The notes below the pieces were generated by a model that saw only the letters and a list, made by a program, of their open reading frames with translations, was not told the origin of the DNA and searched no databases. Both the position numbers and the translations under genes were made by a program. Shown here one piece after another: positions 28,901 to 41,949 of a stretch of DNA of 64,000 nt (position 1 is its first letter; each line of letters opens with the position of its first letter). The stretch is from NCBI RefSeq assembly GCF_006345805.1, contig NW_021832432.1, forward strand, positions 248,001-312,000, read 5' to 3'. This DNA is from Octopus sinensis. Its lineage: Eukaryota.

Positions 28901-30312
28901 TATATATATAAATATATAGAAAAAAACAAAAGATGAAGATGGGTGTGTAAACAACAAACAGATATATTAGTTTAACGCTCGGGAAGTTAGAAAGTCTTTT
29001 ACATTTTGAGCCTACGCTCTTCGATAGAAAGGAACACAGAAATAAGCAGAAAGGGAAAATAGAAGAAAGGTTTATTGGCTAGCGATCTATCATGGCGAGT
29101 ATATGTGTGTGTGTGTGTAGATAAATTTTGAGTTAGAGATTATGCAACCATCTAGGGGATAAATGTATCCGTAGTCACTACTGGTGTATTACCTCACTAT
29201 GTATAGGCCTTGTAATGACAGGTTAACAGTAGTTAGTAATTTAAATGGTAAACCGTAGTTTAACATACTCAGATAAGAAAAGAAATGGAGCAACAATTAA
29301 CAATTAGAAGTTGATCATTGGTATTAAAAGGTCATAGATTAATTGTAGTTAAAAAACATTTACTACTGTTTCAGTTTGTTATTTTTGAAGTGAATTTGGG
29401 ATTCGAACTCACAACATCACAGTCGTAAGTTCGATGCTCTAACCACTAAGCCATGAAATAAAGTACACAAAAATATAAAACTATCACAAGAGAGAGCTAA
29501 TGAAATATTCATGCATAAGTCCTGATTTATCTAAAATTAATTGCCTGTTAGCAACATAAAGTCTTGAGAGTTTTGGGTTTGTGTGTGTAAATATATGTAA
29601 ATATATATATATTTATATATGTACATATGTGTAAATGTGTGTGTGTGTGTGTAAGTCATTGAAATGATTTTTTAAAAATAAGATTGTATGATTTTTTTTT
29701 AAAAGTATTAAACTCAAATTTATTGATAAAATGTATAATATTTTTTAAAATTTTTACATCTACATTATACTTTGATCTTTTGGATTACTTATTGTAATCA
29801 AGCGTTTTGTTCCTCGCAGTGATATATTCACAGACTGGATTCAAATATAAAGATTTATTTATAAAATGCAATACCGTACTTTCCCACATATACATACTCC
29901 TGTGACCTACTGGAGAAGAGTATGATTATCTTTGGTTTGCAAATAAAGGTTCCAAGTTTAAATCCAGTCTGGGACTATGTATACAACTAGTAATAAAGCA
30001 CATGATAATGATTAGTTATCAAACTGCTCAAAGCTTAAATGTAAATATCAAATGTTTTTCATTTCCAAAGATGATATTAATAGTCTATGAAAATACAGTC
30101 TTATTTATCTTGTCTGTGTTATGGCCGTAAAACCAAAAATACGTAATAACCTTTATGTGTGCTTTATGATTTTGTTAATATTTATTTCATGCTTTCAGAC
30201 TTTGGTGATATTTATTTTTAAAAATGTAAAGTAAATATTGATTTTTATATATTAGCATAATTTAATAATTTATTTCAAATGCTAATTTACTTTATTATTC
30301 TATTATAGGAAA

Positions 30313-30519
30313 ATGGGTATTGCAAATGACCTCCAAGGGAGGTCATCACATGAGGCCCTCATTCGCCTCTTGGATGAAGAACTTAGCCTTATGGAGACCA
30401 TGAAAAAGTGTATGGCCATTCGAGTTGAAGGTGACCGGAAATATGTAGATATGCTCTCTAACTTTCTACAAGCTGCTCAGAAAATTGGAACAGTGGAATT
30501 TCAAACATCAATATATCGA
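30313..30519 (+). CDS. FER: FER/FES tyrosine kinase, coding exon 1 (F-BAR/FCH N-terminus, MGIANDLQGRSSHEAL...TSIYR)
   Basis: Translation resembles the N-termini of FER/Fps85D (SHEA, EL.L.ET.KK, D..Y motifs). ATG has A at -3 and G at +4. Acceptor AG at 30307-08 with CTAAT at 30282; donor GTAAGT at 30520 (phase 0). Confidence 0.93.
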
Positions 30520-30667
30520 GTAAGTAACTAATTCTTTTAAAATATCTTAAACCTTTGTTTTTATGATTAACTTTTTCTATTTAAAACATAAAAATAGAAT
30601 GACATTTTTTAAAGACATTTATATAAGTTTTCTATTAACTGGAACTCTGTCAGTTGTAATGACCAGT

Positions 30668-30963
30668 GTTCCAGATAACCTGATTAATGGAACAGCCTGC
30701 TTGTGAAATTAACATGCAAGTGGCTGAGCACTCCACAGACACATGTACTCTTATTGTAGTTCTCAGGAAGATTCAGCATGATACAGAGTGTGACAAGGCT
30801 GGCCCTTTGGAATACAGGTACAATTCATTTTTGCCATCTGTGTGGACTGGAGCAACATGAAGTAAAGTGTCTTGCTCAAGGACAGAATGCGTTGCTGGTA
30901 ATTGAACTCATGACCTTGCAATCATGAGCCAAATACCCTAGCCACTATGCTACACACCCACCT
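30668..30963 (-). mobile_element. tRNA-derived SINE, third family
   Basis: Minus-strand head GTAGCATAGTGG...GAGTTCAATT followed by CTTGAGCAAGACAC. Related copies near 1505, 11380, 31085, 35845, 44585 and 50690. Confidence 0.75.
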
Positions 30964-32456
30964 TCACACATAAGTTCTCTACTGTAGTAAGGGCCAAATT
31001 AGTAATTAAATAGTCATGTGATCACATGAATGACCAGACTATCAGATGTTATACATCGCTAGTCACAATGCACTTTTGCATCAGTTTATCCTAAGCAAGC
31101 AGGCCAACATTTCCCCTTGATCAAAAGGGGGGAACTGGTGCAATGTGAAACGAAGTGTTTCATTCAAGAACTCAAAGTGCTACCTAGTCTGGGAATTGAA
31201 CCTATGATCTAAGAATCATGAGTGCAAGAGCCTAACCACTAAGCCATGCACCTTCATTATATAATACAAACCGATAATATTTGGGATGAGACAGAGGTGA
31301 TTTGAGAGTGATTCAACTGAGTACACTCTTTCCCTTAAAACAATCTTGCTTTATGCCTTGCTAAAATATATAAATATTAGGTTCATGTCATTGTCATAAT
31401 CATCGTTTAACATCCTCCTTCCATGCTGGCATGGGTTGGACAGTTTGACAGGAGCTGGCCAGGCAGGAGCCTGCGCCATGCTTCTGTGTCTGTTTTGATA
31501 TGTTTTTTTTTTATGGCTGGATGCCCTTCCCAACACCAACCACTCTGCAGAGTGAGCTGAGTGCTTTTTACGTGGCACTCACACAAGCAAGGTCAGTTTT
31601 GGCAAGGTTTTTACAGTTGGGTGCCCTTCCAAAGGCCAACCACTTTACAAGTGTGGACTGGATGCTTTTTAAGTGGCACCATGTATAGCTGTGTAATTAA
31701 TAGGCTTACTTTGCAGCTACATGTTTTTGGGGCTTGGATCCTACTTCATGGCTCCTTAGGTATGAGTTTTTTACTGGAGCCTCAGGATGACCAACACCTT
31801 ATCAATGAAATTTGGTTGACAGAAAATGTGAAGGCTTGTTTGCGCATGTGTGTGTGTGCGCACATGCATGCATATGTGTGTGTGTATGTGTGCATGTTTG
31901 TGTGTGAGTATATATATATCTATGTCTCTGTTTGTCTATACCTATGTAAAATAGAAAATCAAGTTGCAACCTTTCTTGCTAATTGGTTACTTAACCATTC
32001 AATGAGCAAGGATCAATAAAATAAGTGGCAGACTATATACTGGGATTCAATGTGATTGACTAAAAAACTCTTGAATGTGATATTCCAACATGGCTGCAGT
32101 CCTCTGCCTGAAACCTCTATAAAACTAAAAGAAAATTAAAGTGACAGAGGTATGGTAGAAATGGTAGAACTCAGGAATGAATTATTACTTCAAGTATATA
32201 GTTTCTGATTTCAAATCCCAGGGACAAACTTTGCTCTTTGATTTCTCCTGGATTGTGAAAAAAAGTAACACTCATATAATGTGGTTAATATGCCTTCTTT
32301 ACAAATCTTTCTCATATTGTACCATGATAAGAAATGAACATTTGTGTATAACTTTAAGCAGTTGGATGATGAGAGGCTCATAGAAATAGTTATGTTTTTA
32401 TGTATATATTTTAAACAATTCACTTGGGTTATTAGATATAAAAAAAAAACATTTAA

Positions 32457-32675
32457 CACTTTAGTGTTTAAACTGGCCAAATCAGGCACTTGTTCTACCT
32501 TGTTTTATGTTCAGACCAGCTCAATTTGACCTCTCACACTTATCCTACAATGTCATTCTAAAAGTAAACAATCCCATCACCAAATCTCAAATATGTGAGA
32601 TAATGCCTGATTAGTTCAAAACACATGTGAATACATAAGCATTACATTTGTCAGAGTAATCTGAATGCTAAAGGG
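32457..32675 (+). mobile_element. piggyBac-like MITE
   Basis: Degenerate CCCTTTAGCATT TIRs with TTAA-like flanks; homologous to 42986-43205. Confidence 0.7.
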
Positions 32676-33718
32676 TAAAAATGTTCATAAGCTTTAAACT
32701 CAAGTTTTGTTTGAAGTTTGTAATTTTAATTATACAAGAATTATTTTTAAAGTTTTTCATTGAATTAGATAAACAAAAGTACAGCTTGATAATGATGCAT
32801 TGCAGATAATGATAACATTGCCATTTATGTGTCGTACTTAATGCTGTTGACAGGCCAGTTGCTGCAGTATTTGTCCTGAGATAACTTCTCTTATGGACAT
32901 ACTGTGTTGAAAACAAAAAATATTGAAGGGGAATGAAAATTAACCCCAGCAGGAACACCAGATTCATTTTGGCCTTTTGGGGCTTTTTCAATGCATTATA
33001 ATTGCAGTCAGCCACTTGCTTGGATAAGAATTTGTTGCCTCTGATATAAATAAAAAATTAAATAAAGTATTCACTGATGTTGTGAATTGACCACCCAGCT
33101 GATTTACAATTGAGGCAGTTATTTGTTTTTCTCTTTTTCTTTTTTTTTTTAACTGTGTGTTTACGAAGTACAGAAGGTAATTTTATACTATATTCTCTTT
33201 TGTGAAGTTATTAAAATTTGAAGCACAAATGTTACAGTTAGTAATATGATGTTGAAATGCTTAAAAAACAAAACAATGTAACAATACGATTTTAACTATT
33301 AATACAGTCTTATGTTTCACTAGCCGGAAAAAACTACCTGAATACATTTCAGTTGTAATTGGCAAATGTTGTAGAATGGCAGTAAGCTTACTAAATTAAG
33401 TCCAAGCCATAACCTAGATTCACTCGCTGGTTGTTAGGAATACAGCTTACATGCTGAAGCAAGCTGATGCTGATTAATCCAAATGCATTTTCATACTCAG
33501 ATTTCATTGCTTGACATCTTGGAGTGCAACTTCCCTGGACTGATAAACAGGAAGCCCTTATTTTGAACTTGACTTTGTGCAGTGTACTAGTGTAGTACAT
33601 TGTATATGAGATTTATGTGTCTTATACTAGAATCATATATGAAGGTTAGCCTAGTTTTCAATGTCCCCCTCTTTTCTAGTTCATTTGAACAGTCTGTAAT
33701 TAATAATTCATTAATGCT

Positions 33719-33955
33719 AAGGTGGCGAGCTGACAGTCATTAGCATGCCAAGCAAATACGTAGCAACATTTTGTACATTTTTAACTTCTGGGTTCACATT
33801 CCGCCAAGGTTGACTTTGCCTTTCATCCTTTGGAGGTCAATGAAATAAATACCAGTTGAATACTGGGGTCAGTGTAATAAATACCAGTTGAATACTGGGG
33901 TCAATGTAATAAATTACCGCACCCCTGAAATTGTTAGCCTTGCATTAGAAATTGA
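33719..33955 (+). mobile_element. SINE family B with internal ~33-bp duplication
   Basis: AATAAATACCAGTTGAATACTGGGGTCA occurs twice in tandem. Confidence 0.8.
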
Positions 33956-34187
33956 AGCTGATAATTCGTTAAAGCTTTCCGTCCACATCTCACATTAATT
34001 TACCCTTCCCACACCCCAAGAACCAAACTACATCTCATTGTAAACTATGCTTATCTCCCCCCTTCCCCCTTGTTCCTGCAGCCCAATTCCATCTTGTCAT
34101 CTCTCTCTGTCTCTTGTCTCCCCACTTGCCAAACTGTATCATTGCTATCTTGCTGCTTGCCACACACCCCTCAACTTACTCACCCCA

Positions 34188-34287
<100 letters not shown>

Positions 34288-34501
34288 TTGTGTGTCTGTT
34301 TGTTCCCCTAGCATTGCTTGACAACCGATGCTGGTGTGTTTACGTCCCCGTCACTTAGCAGTTCGGCAAAAAGAGGCCGATAGAATAAGTACTGGGCTTA
34401 CAAAAAGAATAAGTCCCGGGGTCGAGTTGCTTGACTAAAGGCGGTGCTCCAGCATGCCCGCAGGTCAAATGACTGAAACAAGTAAAAGAGAAAGTAAAGA
34501 G

Positions 34502-34533
<32 letters not shown>

Positions 34534-34837
34534 AAATATTATTAGAGACAAAACCACTATTTTTTTACTATAAAATTGGATTTAATCCTAAATCTGATTT
34601 TTTCCCTGTAAATTGGATTTATTCCCTAATATTTATTATTATATATATATATATATATATATATACATACACACACACACACACACCTGTGTTCACTACT
34701 CACTGCATTCCCTTCCCTTCTATCTGCCTCTCTCCTTTTGCACTCTTTTGAGCTCTCTGCACACTCACCCAGTCTAGTCCTCTTTACCACTTCACTTACA
34801 TTCACCTCCCTATTTTCCTGTACCTTGAGGGTACACC

Positions 34838-35371
34838 CAGGGCCGTTGCTAAGCCCCTGCAACCCCTGCAGTTGCAGGGAGCCTCTGCAGTTGAGCCCCA
34901 TGTTAAGATCAAAGTACGTAGATTAGTCATCTATTTATTTTGGTTAAGATGTTGAACAAGAATTAAACTATCTATAGTGACTGAAAATTTCCAAAAATAA
35001 AATAGTAATACATTGTACCTGCAAAAGTTCTTGTAAAAATATTACCTTGTACAACAAACATGTACCAGACTTTGTGGATTGTCTATGATATCTACTGAAC
35101 ACAAACTTAGCTTTCAGCTTGATTATTCTGAACTGATCAATGATTTCGCTGAGCGAAAAGTGAACTGTGTTTGTCTTTGAAAGTTGCCTGGATTATAAAG
35201 GTGCTCTTTTATTCATATCTGAAAGTTTTATTTGCTGAAATTTGTCATAGACCTAACTAAATTTAACTTGTGCTTTTAAAGATATTATTTTGGATAATGT
35301 GAAGTATGAAGGGATGGGGGCCTCGAAACAAAATGTTGTAGGGGGCTTCTAAAAGTCATGCAACAGAACTG
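34838..35371 (+). mobile_element. Internally deleted hAT transposon
   Basis: Exact 8-bp TSD GGTACACC (34830-37 and 35372-79); imperfect CAG..GTTGC TIRs. Remnant RLCGLSMISTEHKLSFQLDYSELINDFAERK (~35060-35160) resembles the hAT C-terminal dimerisation region. Confidence 0.85.
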
Positions 35372-36693
35372 GGTACACCCTGACATATTTTCACGACCAT
35401 CGACTCTAACTCTCTGTCTGTCTCTGTCTCTCTCTCTCTCCTCCAACTGGGATAGCCATGTATCTCCCCTGCAGCATGACACCTTATTTTTGTTCTTCTT
35501 TCATAGTTTAACCTCTTGTCACTTGACACAAAGCTACCTTCCTTAATACTACTTCCTCACTCATTTGAGGAGTCTGTGTCTTGCAAGATTTGGTGAGCTT
35601 GCTGATGTTGGAGCCATGTAAAGTACACCCGGTACACTCTGTAATGTGGTTTGTGTTAAGAAGAGCATTTGACACTAGAATCCTTGCCAAAGCTGACAGT
35701 TGAGTTTGGTACAGTCCTCTGGCTTTCCAGCTCCTGTCAAATTTTCCAACCCATGCCAACGTGGAAAACAGACATCACAATAGTGAAGATGCTTTATACT
35801 ATAGAAAGTTGCTATAATTTGTAAATAAAAGTTCATATTCATATAAAAGGGTAAAGACCCCCTTGAGTGAAGAATGACTATGGGATTGGGATTACACCTA
35901 GAAAGTTCCCCTCCGAGGCACAAATCGAGGCAGGGTTGTTTTTATAGAAGACCAGCAGTTGCCCATGCATACCAGCCTCCCCTCTCCACACCACCAATGT
36001 TATGCAAGGGAAAGGCAAAGGCTGATAAAGCTTGGCACATGGCAACTCATTTCTACAGCTGAGTGAACTGGAACAACATGAAATGAAGTGTCTTGCTCAA
36101 AAATACAACACACTGCCCAGTCCAGGAATTGAACTCACTACCTCATGTTTGTGAGCCTGACACCCTAACCACTGAGCCATGCACCTTCAAGATAACAAGG
36201 AGAATAACAGCTTCAGCTATTATTGTAGTTAACATAGTATATTACCAGTGTAGCGCATTGCATACAAAAGTTAAAACCAAATAGAAAATTCCCTCCTTGC
36301 ATTTTGTTAGTATCTTCTATGGTAAGCTCTACATCAAATGATTCTCTGTTATTTATGTTGTAACCCCAAGTGCAATGATTCATGTAACCTCTGATATTTA
36401 TGTGTTCGTTTACAAAACTTTATGCTTCATCTGATGGGGCGGGTGAAGTGGAAACCTGTTAGCTTCTTTATCCGAACAAAATAGCGAGAAAGAGAGAGAG
36501 AGAGATAGATAAGTAGATAGAAACCTTGCTTAATTCAAAGGGGAAAATGGCATTTTCTCTTCAACAAAAAAGAAGCAAAAAGTGGGGGAGTATATTATTT
36601 AAACTTATACAGATGCTATTTCAAAAGCGACTGAAGCAGTACTCAAATATCATTGAAATAACCTAACAGTTCCCAATAGAGATTTATTAAACT

Positions 36694-37286
36694 AGGTGTA
36701 GTCATGGCTGTGTGGTTAAGATGTTTGCTTCCCAACCACATGGTTTTAGGCTCGATCCCACTGTGTGGAAAACTAGGCAAGTGTCTTCAAATATAACCCT
36801 GGGCTAATCAAAGACTTGTGAGTTGGATTTGGTTGAAAGAAACTGAAAGAAGCTTGTCTTATATAATGTATACTCTTTTACTTGTTTCAGTCATTTGACT
36901 GCGGCCATGCTAGAGCACAGCCTTTAGTCGAGCAAATCGACCCCAGGGTTTATTCTTTTTAAGCCTAGTACTTATTCTATCGGTCTCTTTTTGCCGAACC
37001 GCTATGTTATGGGGTCGTAAACACACCAGCATCAGTTGTAATGTGATGGTGAGAGGGGGGGACAAACAGACACACAAACATATACACACACATACATAGA
37101 TATATATATATATACATATATACGATGGGCTTCTTTCAGTTTCCATCTACCAAATCCACTCACAAGGCTTTGGTCGGCCTGAGGCTATAGTAGAAGATAC
37201 TTGCCCAAGGTGCCGTGGAGTGGAACTGAACCCGGAACTATGTGGTTGGTAAGCTAGCTACTTACCACACAGCCACTCCTGCGCCT
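36694..37286. mobile_element. SINE-A 5' half (+, 36694-36862) directly followed by a full SINE-A (-, 36873-37286)
   Basis: Sequence matches to family A in opposite orientations. Confidence 0.88.
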
Positions 37287-38390
37287 ATACTGTATATATA
37301 TATATATATTTAATGTATATAATGTGTATATATTTGTGTATGTGTGTGAGAGTGTGTGCATGTTTGTGTCTCCTTGTCTTGACATCATCCAATAGTCACA
37401 AATGAGTGTCACTGTCTTACAGGCAGTGTCAACCAGTTCTAATATTCTATGGAAACATCTCTGGTCATGGGGAAATATCACTTTGCTTGGAAATAGATGA
37501 GGGCTTGGCATCAAGAGAAGAGCCTGAACATAGTAAAATCGCCTCAATAAACTCTGTCTCACCCATGCAAACATGGAAAAGTGGATGTTAAGGGGGGAAA
37601 TGATGATGATGATGATGACGACATGGGGGAAATGATGATGACGACAACAACAATGATAGGGCAGAGGGGAACAACAACTTTGAAGTTTCAGGGATTAAAG
37701 AAACTACATAATGAACTCATTTAGAAATTGAGTACACAAATATTCTGGCAATAGAAGCTATACTTATCATACAAAGGTGTCTGAGTGAATAAGGGAGCCT
37801 TTATATGAACTCTGAACATGCTAGAAACAACAGCCAAATCTCCTATAAATTACACCTTGTCATTTTGGAAAAAAATGGAAGATATGTTGGTTAATGTAAT
37901 CTGAAAGACACTATAATTGAAAGTAAGATAGCTGGTCTTGGCTGGAACACATTTAATCATAGATTTGTTTGACCACTGTTGACCTACAGCTTCAGCTCAG
38001 ATGCTGTTGTCGATACTGTAGCATGATTTACCATCTGTATTATCCACAGTGTTATATTTGAGTTGTGTTACAATATACACACTGAATACGACATGGTTGG
38101 TGTTATTTCTGCTTTTGATTGTGTGAACATTCATGAAAATGTTTGGTGGACAGAGACCCCTTTTCTTCATCAGTTGTTGGTTAGCCCCAGGTCAGTTCTG
38201 ACTGAGCAAACCTATAATGAAAAGCATTGCTATCATGATCATCCTGTCCCCTTCTCTGGCATTACTTTTCTGTGATTAAATCATCCAATGTTTTCCATCT
38301 TTTTAGGTGGACATGGTGTAACTTGAGGGGAGATTTGGCTACTATTTCTTGTCAGTTGAGCAACTACATATGTATGTGTGTGTGTGTGTG

Positions 38391-38438
<48 letters not shown>

Positions 38439-39360
38439 GTATATATGTGTGTGTGTGTATGTATATATGTATGTATCTATATGTATATATGTGTATGTGT
38501 TTATATGTGTATGTATATATGTATATTTATGTATATGTGTATGTATTTGGGCCCACAATCGCCTATATTATTGATTCTGTTATTAGCATTTTAATTGTTA
38601 CACTAGATAATGATAGAGTCAATAATATCTTTGCTAGTATTTTCTCCTGAATTATTTGCTCCGCATTGATATATATAGATATATGTATGTATATATTTAT
38701 ATATCTGTGTGTGTGTATATATATATATTTATATATATATATCTTTAGCCAGGCAGGTACTGTAATCGCTCTCAGGTATACTCCAGGTTTTGGTTTACTG
38801 CATCAAGTGGTAACAGACATCAGTGATAGCTTAGTATGAGCAATCCTGCTGTAATTCTTCTGATAGGTAACTTTGGGTTCACTTTGCTGGGTTATGAATA
38901 TTATCAGGAGTGCAAATTTCAAACAACTACAAAAAAATACGGAGACTGGTCCATCTTTAAAGTTTTCTTTTAATATTCCAGTTGGTCATACAGTATAGTT
39001 AGTTGGTTGTACTTATACTGTATGACCAACTTTGAAAATCAACCAGCCTGCATATTCTTTGTAGTTCATTGATGTTGAAACACACCTGTTGTTATGTCCT
39101 GTTATTATTTTTATTGTATTTGTGTTACATTGTCCGTTTTTATCTGTCCTTGCTTTTGTATACATTCGTTGCTTTCTTCCAAGGAATCTAATGCTCTTAG
39201 CTTAGTTTTTCCTTGGGGCTAGCCAGATTGGAGCAATCTCGAGTATGATTAGCCAAAATTGCAAAGATAATCTGGTACTCGACTGAGGAAAGAAAACTTC
39301 GAATGACCCGTCCTTGTTTTCTTTGTATCATCTATCTGGATATTTTGTTGTCCCGTTTTT

Positions 39361-39534
39361 GTATCACCTAACTGTCCAGATGTTTTGCATTCTTGTCCCA
39401 TTTTTGTAGCACCTAACTGTCCAGATGTTTTGCATTCTTGTCCCATTTTTGTAGCACCTAACTGCCCAGATGTTTTGCATTCTTGTCCCATTTTTGTAGC
39501 ACCTAACTACCCAGATGTTTTGCATTCTTGTCCC

Positions 39535-39541
<7 letters not shown>
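39361..39541. repeat. Tandem repeat, 45 bp x 4
   Basis: GTAGCACCTAACTGTCCAGATGTTTTGCATTCTTGTCCCATTTTT, nearly identical copies. Confidence 0.95.
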
Positions 39542-39575
<34 letters not shown>

Positions 39576-40114
39576 CACTGAAAAAGTAGATAAATTGGTA
39601 TTTATTCTGTTTGAGTTTCACATAGACTTGCTTGTTGTTCTCACCATTGGAAATGGAGTTAATCAGTAATTAACCTGTTGGAAATCAATGAACAACAGCA
39701 CTATTGTTCATAAAATTCATGATGTAAAAATAAACAAATAAATAAATAAATAACCAACACAGATTGTATTGTAGTCATTTCTTGAAATAAATCTCAATAA
39801 GTGCGATGTTATGATGTGCTTCATATCTGTTAATTCTTCATATATATCCAAAGTGTGTATGTGGGGTAGGGGTGGGGGAATGATAGAGGAAGAGTGATTT
39901 AAATAATATTGGTACTGTAAGCAGAAGAAGGATTATCAACTGCCAGTATGCAGATTATTGACAAACGTTCAAAATATTGCTGTTGATTGTCTCATTTGCA
40001 ATAACACAATGTTAAATTACCATAATGCTTTGTGGATTAATTCATTGGAACTTGTGTCTGAGTAATAACCTTCTAACAGGATTAGTTCTAACAACAATAG
40101 TTATGTTAGTACTG

Positions 40115-40338
40115 TACGAGAGAGTGCAAAAAAGTTCCTGGCTTTGGATAAAAGAAAATACAGGTGGATCAGTTAATTATGATCCTATTCAACATATTCC
40201 CCTCTCAGATTCACACACTTATTGCAGTGGCCCTTCAGTTTTTCTGAGCCCTGTAATAGAACTTGGAAGGTTGGGCCTCCAACCAGGCCTTTCGCAATAC
40301 CCTTAAAGTCAGGATCTTTTCAGCACACACCCCTTATA
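40115..40338 (-). mobile_element. Tc1/mariner MITE carrying the transposase C-terminal tip
   Basis: TA-flanked TIRs (TACGAG...AAAAGTTCCTGGC). Minus strand reads KLKGHCNKCVNLRGEYVE*, like mariner C-termini. Confidence 0.8.
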
Positions 40339-41601
40339 TATTCAAATCTAGGATTACTATCGTTTTATAATTCTAAGATATTCAATGCAATAACTGTTCT
40401 AATTTTTGGAGGGTGGTGGGATGTCTTCATATGTTTTAAGGTTTTGGAATCTTTGCTTAAACAATCTGCTAGACTTGTAACCCAAATAGTCAATAGAATG
40501 TTAGGAATAATGGTGGCAGCAATAGGAACTTTTTCCCCTGCATGATATCGCCTTACCCATTCCAGTTGTAACTTCTTAATAGGTAGGTAACTGTGTGGCT
40601 ACATGGACAGCAGCTGTTTTGTGTTTATAAGCAATATATTACAATTCTTTTGGGGCTATTAATCTCATCTTCGAATGAGGTTAATATTTTAATATTTTTT
40701 TCTTCTTTCCATTTTGTGCTTAGGTGGCTCATAAAACTTCTCTCTCTCTCTCTCCAAGTTGCCTTTCAATGGTTGTTGTTTGCACTTGGTTCTATCCATC
40801 CTTTTCTTGGTTAGGAACCATTGCCCCTGCAAAGTGTTGTGGATTCCTCTGAAGTTTCTGTAATCAGAAGCTATTTTCCAGGGTCAGGTGATTAGCCCAA
40901 TGTCCAACTTTCAAGAGCTGAAAAGGAGTTGGTTTTTTGTCAAGGTCTTCTACCATGACCAAGACTGTGTCCATCATGCCCTGGTCCCAAGGGAATGCCT
41001 ACAATGATGTGGTGTGGAGGTTTAACTACAAAGTTCACCCCCACACACACACATTTAGGGATGCACTGACCACTCTAAACTAGCTGAACTTTTTAATATT
41101 TACATCTACAATACTTTGATTTGTATTGCTTTAGACTATTACTGTTTCAAAGAGATCAAACTTTTGTTGGCTTTCCTAGTTCCAGGGTGTATTGAGGGAG
41201 CATAGCATGTAATTTCCTGTGGCCCCACACATTCCATATTTAAAGACTGGTAATCAACACCGAAAGTAAATGGACACACTCATTGATTTTGTAATTCACT
41301 CAATACTTACAACTAGTTAGCTGTGCCTGATCATGAAACCTATTTACAGTTATATGAAAGGAGTAAATAAGTAATAACAGCAAAAGATTTGCAAATCAAT
41401 AAAAGGCTGAAAAATAAAAATTATTGAAGTGTGAGTCAGCCTTGCACTTGTAACAGAACTCATACAGCAACACCAGATTGGATGCCAGTGTTGATTTTTA
41501 ACTTGGACACTAGTCTTCTAGAGTCAGATGATTATGGCACTTAAGTTAAGGCGCAAGAATATAGTATGGTATTATCCATACAATTTCAAATAAAGTGATT
41601 A

Positions 41602-41846
41602 TAATCAAAATAAGCAACAAGGATATCCAGAGGTAATGCAGTGCGATCATTTCATGTGACTCCATTTAATTGAACAATGCAAACATTGTGTTCTTCAAAT
41701 TTAATTAAATTCTATGGTTTTTTGTGCAGCTGAAGATTGGTCTACATTTTAAATTGATGTAATGTTTGCATTGTTCAATTAAATGGAGTCACATGAAACG
41801 ATTGTACTGTATTACGTCTGGATATCCTTGTTGCTTATTTTGATTA
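41602..41846. mobile_element. MITE with 86-bp TIRs, TA-flanked
   Basis: 41602-41687 is the near-perfect reverse complement of 41761-41846; 73-nt spacer. Confidence 0.85.
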
Positions 41847-41949
41847 CACACATACACACATATATATATATATATATATAGGGAGAGAGAGAGAGAGAGA
41901 GAGATTTGTGCGTGCTTGTGTGAATATATACATACATATATATATATAT

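Noticed and set aside
29397-29455. Possible tRNA gene on the minus strand
   Set aside because: A and B boxes are present but no acceptor stem can be formed; it matches the tRNA-like SINE heads elsewhere in the window.
39361-39541. CRISPR-like appearance of the 45-bp and 41-bp arrays
   Set aside because: Units are contiguous with no unique spacers, there are no cas genes, and the context is eukaryotic.
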